A program made the position numbers and the translations under genes. The notes under the pieces are model-generated. The model was not told where the DNA came from, made no database searches, and worked only from the letters and a program-made list of their open reading frames with translations. This document shows, one piece after another, positions 11,687-22,012 of a stretch of 64,000 nucleotides of DNA. This DNA is from Marsupella aquatica (lineage: Eukaryota > Plantae > Marchantiophyta), in contig OZ316895.1 in assembly GCA_973895155.1 (NCBI GenBank), positions 10,962,184 through 11,026,183 of the forward strand. Reading direction: 5' to 3'. Positions within the stretch are counted from its first letter, which is position 1. The number at the start of each line of letters is the position of its first letter.

Positions 11687-12972
11687 GAGCATCTCCAATG
11701 GTGTATGCTATTTGATTAGTGCATACATTAAATATAGCAAAGATGATATGTCCAAAAGCAAGCCCAGTGGTTACTTGGTTTTTCAGGTAGTATCTCCTTA
11801 CACATGCACCCTTGGATGCCAATCAGAGTATCTTGGAGAACCCAGGAATGAAGTCAATGTGCTATACAGCAACTCATATTGTCAAATTTTTGAAGCTGCT
11901 ATATGGTGAATGCACATTTCAGATTTTGTCTTATTCAGATTTGCTATATGGTGAATGCACATTTCAGATTTTATCTTATTCAGATTTTTGTGTCATGTAT
12001 TTTCATTTCAATCTGCCTTATCAAGGGGCAGTCTTTGTATTCTATACATTTTCAATTAATTTTTAGACCCCTTTAGTTTTAGGTATTCTAGAGTGTTTTG
12101 AACTTATTTTGGCAGCCCCCTTTCACAGTATGTGTTTTCTTAGAGACTAAACCAAAGGCTCCACCACCACGAGTGAGAAAAATGATGCTGAAGAACATGA
12201 ATGCATAGCCTCTTAAGTTCTTCTCATGTTTTTCTTTCCTAGGTTTATGATTTTTATTGAAAGGAGTGTCATTCATAAGGCACCCTGAGTTAAGTGCACA
12301 CATCATAGCATCGTTTGACTTTATTTTTTCTTGGTCACTGTGCTTTTCTTGGCAGACACTTTACTTATATAACAACACTTCTATGCTCTCATAAGTTATT
12401 TACTTTCAGATCACTACAAGACAAAAAATAAAGCATATTCCAGGATGAGAATGCTATATATATATACAGATCCCGTAACCAAAAAACCCACTAAGGTCAG
12501 AAGTGAATAGAGTTACAATAACCCATCATTTGGGGTTGTAACCAAAAGACCCACTAAGGTCAGAAGTGAATAGAGTTACAATAACCCATCATTTGGGGTT
12601 GTAACCAAAAAACCCACTAAGGTCAGAAGTGAATAGAGTTACAATAACCCATCATTTGGGGTTGTAACCAAAAGACCCACTAAGGTCAGAAGTGAATAGA
12701 GTTACAATAACCCATCATTTGGGGTTGTAACCAAAAAACCCACTAAGGTCAGAAGTGAATAGAGTTACAATAACCCATCATTTGGGGTTGTAACCAAAAA
12801 ACCCACTAAGGTCAGAAGTGAATAGAGTTACAATAACCAAAAAACCCACTAAGGTCAGAGTGAATAGAGTTACAATAACCCATCATTTGGGGTTGTCTTT
12901 GTTGTTAAACCTTACTGGGTTTGGTCAACATCGCGTTATAGTAGACCAACCCAGTAACCCGTGGAGATACTC
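11687..12972. mobile_element. Non-autonomous PIF/Harbinger (Tourist-like) element
   Basis: TIRs GAGCATCTCCA...TGGAGATACTC (1 mismatch) and TAA TSD at 11684-11686 and 12973-12975. The element is absent from the paralogous segment near 31725. Confidence 0.85.
12475..12895. repeat. 63-bp minisatellite, about 6.7 near-identical copies
   Basis: Unit gtaaccaaaa(a/g)acccactaaggtcagaagtgaatagagttacaataacccatcatttggggtt at 12475, 12538, 12601, 12664, 12727, 12790 (truncated) and ~12834. No spacers. Confidence 0.97.
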
Positions 12973-13676
12973 TAAGACTTCCTCATCTTTCCCAAGACTT
13001 CCTATATTTTTCACATTCCACTCGCTGCTTTGCTTTCCTCTGTTCTGAAAATCTGCTTCACTATTCAGAAAGAGCTACTGTACTACTAATGGCGTTGTCC
13101 CCAACTAAGCACCCAATATAAGGGCATGGACCCGGTTGCAATAATTGCACATCAAAACATGACATATGTGTGTCTTACATCACTCAAAACATGACATATG
13201 TGGTGTACATCACTCCATACCATGATAAAGCTCATTATTTTATTTGAATTAGTGAGTGTGAGTCCATACTATCACATTTTGATTTGTGATTACTGGCACG
13301 GGCATGGACCCACCCACCCGAGTAGATTTGAAACCTTTTTCACAACATACATGCGTATACATTCGCCAAATGATCTACTGTAAATTCACGTGTTTGAGCA
13401 CGTTCGCAGAAGAGATTCACCAATTCACCAATTCACCCAACAATTAGGACTCTTCTTGGGTGTGTCCACTGAGATCCTCCGTTGCCAGCAGAGGCTGAAG
13501 AAGAGTCGTCCGACGGTCCGAGCCAAGGCTGCAGACTGTCGATAATAGTAGAGGCTGAGCCAGAGTCCTAATTCAGCAAGTCCATACGGAAATGCGGAAG
13601 GTCTCCACCCTTTGAGACCTCTTCAGTACTATAAACTTGTCTCTACGACACATAATGAAAACGTTCTGTTTTTCAG

Positions 13677-16600
13677 TTACATGGTAGTCATGTTCACGGA
13701 ATTCATGTGGTAGACGTCCAAGCTCTTGACGTTGACGGGAGTGGTTCCGTTGTTGAAGAGAAAGAGACGCACTCTCGAGCCAATGGCCAATGTCGGGTAG
13801 ACTCGCGATGTGATTGCAAACCTACCGCCTTGCACAAATGTTTCAACGATCGAATGATCAACCTGCATATACACACAAAACGGGTTGATTACTTCGAAAT
13901 GTAAAGACAAGCTGTGCATTTGATTAACCAACACCCTACTTGAGTTGCGGTGCGACTCACGGGGAACCAACCACAATTGAACCTGAAGCTCAAGCCCCGG
14001 GAAAAGGGAGATGGCAAGCCAAGAGTGAGGGCGAGATCCTGTGTGTTGAACATAATAACTGTGTAGCTCCACGTTAAGGGTTTTAGCAAGTACTCACAAG
14101 GATTCGTAAGGATAGTTTATCCTCTTCCGGCAGGAGTGTGACATAGCTTCCGTAGACAGTTTTGTCCAAGCCTGATGCCAGTGACGACCTGCAATGTGAT
14201 CACAATTTCATTTTGGGACGATTCAGTTGATGGGAGACTGTTTGGATCATGCCTAAAGCTCCACAGAAGATTCCCCAAGACTACGAATTATAACAAAGAA
14301 TGTGTACCGGGGAGAGATCAATCCCACCAAGCATTTCAATGAAATTAAACTTAGATTCGCCTTCCTGACTTCACAATGACGCCTACACTGACGGAAGAAT
14401 CCTCCTCATGTGAACTCAGCCTTCTACGATTCTAGTAGAAGGCTGAATTGATCGTCAATGTTCATTTACATAAGCGACTAAGTAGCACCCTAAAACGGGA
14501 TCCAAATCTACTGATTATAGAAGTCCCCCAAGCACAATAGTTTTCCACAATTATGCACCGACTTATTATTTCGTAGTCAATAATGTTGGCCGGCTCCCTA
14601 CAAGAAATAAAGAAACATAAAACAAACGAGACAAACTTTGATCCTACTGACACAATATTCTACTCAAAAATTTGAAAAGGGTGTGAATTCGCCATCGCGA
14701 CTCCAAAGCAAACTCCAATGGAGTAGTACATTTCAATCACAGTAGGATCAGAGAGTGGATGTTAGAAAGCTGGTTTGTAAATAATAATAATAATTCTCAC
14801 CTGCTCTGGTCGCTGCAGGCTAGAGTGGCCCATCTTCCGTCGTTCAAAAGCGAGACGTAGAAGAAAACACCGGTGTGCTCAATCAGCTTCTCATCTGCGT
14901 GGACGAGCAGTCCGAACGGACCATAGACGCCTCTATGACCCGACCCTCCCTGGTCACAGTCGAAATCTACCGCCTCCGGCACCCCGTCTGCCTTGCTGGT
15001 ATCCGGCCTCTCGAACACGACGACGATGTCCAACTGCATGTACAGCCCACATTTGAGAGCGTGAGTTTCCAATTATGCTCGATGAAATTAATGTTTGAGA
15101 GTCACAAGATGTGAGTCACAATCCGTTTAACAGCATACTTCTATATTGCGACAAAGTTTATTGGTCATAAGTCGTAGGTCTGCTCATGACCAAAACGTTA
15201 TCCTCGAGAGCTTAAACTAGAGAGCTTCAAGTAACCAGTTATCGCGTTAAAACGAGATGGAAGTATGGCCGGTTGATGACGCTAAGCCATAAGTCCAGAA
15301 CTCCCGAGTGTGGACACTGGTCTTAATGACAGCTTCTCTACAGTATTGATATAACAACAATCAGGAAGTTCCGGCACCAAGTGGGTTTCAATCACGGAGC
15401 ACATGCTTATTCCCTTTGTACCCACGCTGGATGGTAGATCGAGGACGGGTATTGTAGGCGCTATCAATAACATACTACGATACTATTACCAGCACATTGT
15501 GCCATATGGTAAATCGTATTTTGCTGTACGAGTGCAAAATCGACATAAGTCCAACAGATTGACCAGACCGAAATCAAGTAATCTTCTGTCCTCAATGGGT
15601 TGACGTACAAGCTTGCAGTTCGGAAAATGGGGATTTTTTTCTCTTCGAAAATCAGAGGGGTGGTTGGGACGACAACTACAGTACGCCTCCGAAGCCGAGA
15701 CTCCCATGGTTGGAATTCCTGCTATATTGGTGCAGACCCGCTGACCCGCTGACCCGCTGTCCTGACTGGGGAGGTCGCTTCTATGAAGTTCACAGGTATG
15801 TGTAGTCCCAATGCATATGTATTGCTACACATCCGAGACCACTCATTCGGGTGTGAGATTGCTTCTTTGGAAGTCCAGGTCATGGATAACTTAAGGATAC
15901 AATTATAGATGCATAGGTTCTATTGTATTGGTGGAATCATAGGTGTTGTTGATCCAAAGGAGAGCTCTGTCGAGTAAAGTTACGGTAGATGGACGAAGTA
16001 CCCCTCGTAGATCGGATAGTCACAATCATAGATCCACAGTCGCTGGGACAGTCTATCCAGCAACTCTAGATCTTTAGAGGTACCATAGACGGCCGCTTTT
16101 AAAGTCAGCAGCCACGCAGACGGCGGTCAACCGTTCAGTTTGCGTGCCACAGGCTAGTTAATTTAGACTGACGAACTTGGGCACGCGAGTGTGAGTCATG
16201 TTTGTGTTTACCTGATCTCCATTGCCTCCCACTACCTCGATAGCGTCAGTTGGCTCCAGCTTAATGTCTCGATGAGTCGTCTTCGCTCCACGAAGGGCCT
16301 CTACTTCCTCAACCGGCCATTGCAGCAAATTTGTGGACGTCATGCCATCAAGCCACAACACCCTGGGAATAGCCTGTTTAACCACTCTAGAATACGAGTA
16401 CAGCCATCATCACCTTATATAATTCAATCGGCCTAGAATGAATCGAACTACGTGCCCTGCACTAATTACTAGCAGAATTAGAAACGTTATTGACGGACTA
16501 TATCTTAATATTGTATGTGAAGCAGTAAAAGGATACATTTATCCAAAAAGCGATCGCACAACTTGGTACTTTATGAAAGTTACGAGATTCAAGAACCACC

Positions 16601-18584
16601 CTTTCACACCTGAACAGATGCCCATCCTTTGATTGCTTGGTCTTCGAGGCTGTCCGATTCATTGGCCCAGCCCCACAATATACGCCTGCCGGTGCTAGTA
16701 TCGTAGAAAGACTTGGAGGCATAGAATTTCCCATAATCATATCGGTACCCACTTCCTATATCCAGAGAAGCGTCGTCGATGGTGAAAGTATGGGTTTCAG
16801 TGGAGTAAGTGCCGATGCAGTAGTGATCTTGCTCCCAAACCTGCAATCCAGCCTTCAACACGTACTTGTACTCATCTTGGTAGGTTTCTGCTCGCAAGAC
16901 GGAGTGATCCAGCCCATTTTGGCCTTGCACAGAGACTGGATAGAAGTCGACGCATTCCCACATTCCCGTGTCGATGCCCTCGCGCAAGTGCTTCTCCAGC
17001 TCCCAATGGATAAAATCATGGCTTTTGTAAAGTAGAGCTATGCCATCCCTGGTTCCATCGGCATTATCTCTCTTCGCTCCCACAGTAAACCTCCAAAGAC
17101 CATCCTTCTCCAGCCAAGCAGTCGTGGGGTCTCTAAAGTCATTAGCTTTGATTCCCTTGGGATTATAGAGGATTGGATTGGCGTCGACTTTCTTCCATTT
17201 CCGTAGCAGAGGGTCGGAGGGATCCACAGGCAGGGCGAGGTTCTGTGTCTGTTCACAACTATCGTTAGACATATTCCGTCGTGTAGACGATGGCAGGAGT
17301 TCCGTCTTCGAGAATGGTTGCCGAACCAGACCAGACCCCATCTTCGTCATACCACTTGTCCGGGCTGAAAGCCACTTCCAGGTGGAACCAGTGAATTAGA
17401 TCGGTGGACACCGCGTGACCCCAGTGGATGTCTATCAAATTGACGCCGTTGGGATTGTATTGATAGAAGAAGTGGTAGTAACCCATGTAATACAACGGCG
17501 CTGCAAATCAATGGAGTTCAATTAAGTGTTAGTGCAAAACTGAAGAGCTTTCAGATGCCAGGAAATATAGCAAGAATTTTGTGAGCTCGAGAATCTCGAC
17601 GAAGATGTTCGGGAGTGACACAGTGCAATTGGCGTTATACATATCTTTGCGAGGGCGAACATCGCTCAGGGTAAAGAGGAACAGTAATAATTACGACGAT
17701 AAATAATGAATCAAAGAGGCTAGCTAGACTTCAAGATTTCATTAGCCGGAGACACATCGTCTCAAGACGAATGACAAAGTTATTACAGGCTTTTAGCCAA
17801 TTTCGAAAAAAAGAGCGTGAAATCCTTGTCGCTGACTGTTACTGAGTTTGCATCTACCATGTACCGTCATAGTTTTCCAGTCATTGCTCATTTACGTGGG
17901 CAGTCCATCGAACTTGCACCGTTTTCAAAGGAAGAGTGGGCCATGGAGTGCTGGAGCTCACCATTTGGATCTGTCGACAGCGCGCAGCAATCCCGGGCAG
18001 CAGTAAGAAGCACCCACCGTCCAGTCCATCAACAGCACGAGACAAAGGCGGCAAGTGCACTCATTAGAACGATACCAATTAATGACTTCAATTCGGCATT
18101 GAAATCTGCAGGGTGAGGGAAAGAAATTAATGATTACAATAAGTCGTGAAGTTGCGAACGCCTCAGCAAAATCACAACTACTTGCTCCCATCTACAAGGA
18201 ATCATACATACCATTCATCCAATTCTTTTCAGGCTGAAAATGGTAGCCTGTGCGTGATGGTATGTAGATTCCATTGTCGTACTCCTGAGATTCATCAGCC
18301 ACGTCGTCTTCTTGTTCTTCTCCTCTCAGACCGTGTCCTCCTTCACTCTCCCAACGTAAGTTGTAAGAAACGGCTGCCCCGAACAGTAGCAGGGTCGCTG
18401 CAATGCACGTCACGAGGTGCACACTCGTGCTTTTCCGAAGAGCACGGTCTACGGATTGGGATTCATCTGCTGGTGATCCAGTTAATGCGACATAATCCGC
18501 ATTCACTAGAGAAATGTTTGAAGCATCCTGTGGCTCACTACCAACAGCGATGAGCAAGGCTGCTTCTACATCGGATGTGGCCAT
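13677..18584 (-). pseudogene. GH32 vacuolar-invertase-like gene, copy 1, frameshifted
   Basis: Exons 18584-18212, 17970-17962 (9 nt), 17500-16610, 16373-16212, 15033-14801, 14188-14098, 13862-13677, all GT-AG. Motifs WMNDPNA, WSGSAT, FRDP, WECVD, YASKSF, WGW. Exon 3 is 891 nt versus 896 nt in copy 2. The 5-nt loss (ggcgt) near 17280 leads to a stop at 17265-17267. Confidence 0.9.
17962..17970 (-). other. 9-nt micro-exon (ATCCAAATG, DPN of the NDPN motif), copy 1
   Basis: cag|ATCCAAATG|gtgagc joins WMN-G to CG-CCG in frame. This micro-exon is a known feature of plant acid invertase genes. Confidence 0.95.
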
Positions 18585-19340
18585 TCTTCAATCCCAGAGC
18601 GGCCCCGTAGCTATGTGCTCCACCTCTCCATGCACGGCCCATCTACCGCTCTTAAACTTCAGGGCTGTATTATTATGTACACTTGAGATGAGAAGATGAT
18701 TGTGTGCCTGGTCACTTTTTCCAACCAAAGGAAACGGGCAGGGCCACAAGATCCCGCACAGGATAAGGATAGCGTCGTGACAAACAAAGCAGTTGGACTG
18801 AAGTCCAATCCCGCAGTAAATGCGAATCCCTTGTGTGAAGGAGCCACCGTGTTCAACAGTTCGTGACCACTCAAGCACTTCGCATCAGCAGGAAAGACAC
18901 CATACCAGTCCTGATCAAATGATCAATGTTCAATTGCCAGAGTGGTTGTAAAGCCAACTGCAACCGAATGCTCAATGGTCAGAGTGGTTGTAAAGCCAAC
19001 TGCAACCGTTTGAACTCATTTAGGCAATTTGATGGACCTTAACTCCATAATTATGTGTGTGTTATGGACACAAAAAATTATGAACTGCAAAATTCAAAGT
19101 ACATAAGTTTTTGCCATAAGGATTAGTTGTATGCCATAACCATTAGCAGCTGGTGAAAGAAAAACAAAACAACTTTTACACAAAATCTTATGAAAAAGTT
19201 ATGACCTTTACTTTGACTGGTGAAAGAGAAAAACAAAAAGAACTTTTTAGATAATTGCAAAAAAGTTATGACCTTTTCGTTATGACGAAATGTCATAATA
19301 TATAACTTTCCAAGCTTTGAGATGCCATATTATAATGTAA

Positions 19341-21530
19341 CTAGCCCCATGCCCGTGCGTTGCATGAAAGACTTCGAGTGAGGGCAAGATGTCGAGGAGA
19401 GGGCAAGATGTTGAGGTGAGGGTAAGATTTGGAGGTGAGGGCAAGATGTCGAGGAGAGGGTAAGATTTTGAGGTGAGGGTAAGATTTTGAGGCGAGGCAA
19501 ACATGGTTGTGCATTGCAAATATGTAATTCAGGCAAATTAAAAGTCAAACAGATTAATACAAAAGTGATACAATCTTTATTCACCCTTTCAATAAAGAAC
19601 CTCATCATATACAATTTTTTTGTCAACCTTGCTTGACCCTCCTCAGAATCCGAAAGTAAAACCTTGATAATTGTAGGAGATATTGCCCTTGAAAATGCTG
19701 CATACAACTGTCCGTGCCTAAATACAGGCTTTGAAAGCTGTAACCCTAGTACATGTTCTAAAGTCTAACAGACCTTGAGCTTTGTTTATGGCCCGGTTTA
19801 TGGTCATTGCATATGCCACTCAAATGAGAAATTGGACCCTATGTAATAAAAAAGGAAGTGATTTGTCATATGTCAACAGAATCCGTGGGATAAATGTAAG
19901 GGTCCTTGCATATTTTCCTGCAATAACTCAATGCCCGTGCATTGCATGAAAGATGTCGAGGAGAGAAAACTATTATGGTAAGCAAAAGATGTCCAAGTGA
20001 TAAAAGATGTCAAAGAGAGAAAAAATATCAAGGTGAGCAAAGATTCAAGGCGAGCAAAAGATGTCAAGGTGATAAATGTAAGAGTCCTACATGTTTTCCT
20101 GCAAGAACCCAATGCCCATGCGTTGCACGAAAGATGTCGAGGTCACAAAATATGTCAAAGAGAGAAAAATTATGTCAAGGTGATAAAGGATTCAAGGTGA
20201 GCAAACGATGTCAAGGTGATAAAACATGTAAAGGAGAGAAAAGATGTCCAGGTGAGCAAACGATGTCACGGTAAGCAAAAGATGTTGAGGAGAGAAATAG
20301 ATCTATGTTGAGATGAGAAAAAGATTTCAAGGAGAGACAATTATACCAAGGTGAACAAAAGATGCCAAGGTGTGCAAAAAATGTTGAGGTGAGAAAAAAT
20401 GTTGAGGTGAGGAAATATGTCAAAGAGAGAAAAAGATGGTGAGAAGAGAAAAAAATTGAGGAGAGAAAAGATGTCGACGTGAGTGAAAGAGATAAAAACA
20501 TTTTGAGATAAGCAAAAGATGTTTAGGTAAGGCAAAGATGTCAAAGCAAAAGAAGACAAAAATGTCAAGGCATGCTTAATGTACATTGCATTGAGGCAAA
20601 GATTTGGGAACATTTTGACTCAAGGCAAAGAAATGCTATAAGATGCAAGTGAGCCAAAGAATTGTAAATAATGTAAATTAATGTAAGCGAGGCAAGAAAG
20701 TTGTTTAGACACCTCATATGTTGTTGCGACCATCTCGTCATTATGACGATGAAGTCACTCTGGCTATGGTTTTCAAAGAGAATGTTGGAGGTATAGATGG
20801 AATAACAAATTTGGGACTGATTTTCTATAAAACATAGAACAAAAAACTAAAAAGATAATCAAAACATGTAAAAACATTTGACTTTGCTTTTGCATTTTTA
20901 ATTTATTTTGGAAGAAAACATTGTTTTGTTGTGAAAAGTATATTGTTGGGGAGAGCAAGGATGTGGGAGGGTGAGAGCGAGTGCAAGAGAAATGATGGCC
21001 CCGGGTGCTTTGATATTATTGGGAGGGGAATATTTTAATTTTTTCTCTTCCCGTTTTTCCTAATTTTTCACTCCTATGCAACACCATTACTCCATTTTTT
21101 TCTTACATTGGCACCATTAAATAAGCAGAAAAAATGTACAACTAAATAAAAAGAAGGAAAAGAAGGAGAAAATTAACCCATTTTCCTTCCTTCTAGAGTC
21201 TCATAGGCTCTGCAAAAATCCCAAAGTTTCTCAAGCCCCAAAAGATTCTCCTTCCATTCGTGTGTACTTTCATACTTGAAAAAAAAACATATTTAATTAA
21301 GATGATGTCACATAAGTATCTTCTCATATACTATGTCAGATCAGTATCATCTCCTATATTTTGTATTTTACTATTAAAATGAGCATATCATTTGACATAC
21401 CTGGTCAATCAATCCAAGGGTACAAAAAAATCTTTGGAAAAATCTGACGGCTCAGGTTTGTTCCCTCCATTTCTGAATTTGTAAGCAGACGAAATAACTT
21501 TTTGGCCGCATTGCATATTATAGAAGTAGA
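19341..21530 (-). mobile_element. Non-autonomous Helitron with an internal degenerate ~18-19-bp minisatellite
   Basis: Minus strand begins A|TCTACTTCTATAATATGC (21530) and ends with a GC-rich subterminal motif catgcaacgcacgggc...CTAG|T (19341). Interior is aaagatgtcaaggtga-like repeats (19370-19500, 19945-20570). No RepHel ORF. The 5' end could alternatively be 21540. Confidence 0.72.
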
Positions 21531-21660
21531 TAAAGATAGATTCTGAGAGAGAATATAAGATTAGGTGCAACCAATCCATGGAAGTCTCTTTTTTGAAGTG
21601 TCAGAAACGGCTCCCTCCTGCCTCATGTCTAATCTTGTTTCTTCTTCATCCACCCCTCTA

Positions 21661-22012
21661 TTTGTTCTTGGCCTTGAAACCAAAGTAGACCCATCCAACG
21701 AAGGATAGACTATCTACGTTGGAGAAGGATAGACTATCTACTTTGGAGCCTACACCTCTGTAAGGTAACCACTTGGGGGTCATAAGGGATCCAATAGGGA
21801 TCCAGAGTAGACAAACATGGAGAAAGGGTTAAACCAAGTCTACAAAGTGGACTAGCCAGGGGCTGAGGATAAAACAGCACCCCCACCACCACACTTATAG
21901 CCCACCCACACATACCTTCAGCAACCCTTGTCTACCCACACCCCTCGCCCAGGATTGAACTTGGGACCTCTGGGTTCTAGGCTCTCCACCCCCCCCTATT
22001 GCACAAAGTTGG
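21661..22012 (-). mobile_element. tRNA-derived SINE, degenerate copy
   Basis: Minus strand gcctagaacccagaggtcccaAGTTCAATCC (B box 21952-21961) and the body align with the SINE at 57896-58247. A-rich 3' end ttcaaggccaagaacaaa. Boundaries are approximate. Confidence 0.65.

Noticed and set aside
12475-12895. CRISPR-like array
   Set aside because: Units are head-to-tail and near-identical with no unique spacers, there are no cas genes, the context is eukaryotic, and the array sits inside a MITE.
16637-17035. Plus-strand ORFs conserved in both duplicates (also 36698-37231)
   Set aside because: Antisense shadows of the GH32 exon 3.
19873-20613. Lys/Arg-rich or Phe/Leu/Ser-rich ORFs
   Set aside because: Translations of the Helitron's degenerate minisatellite.
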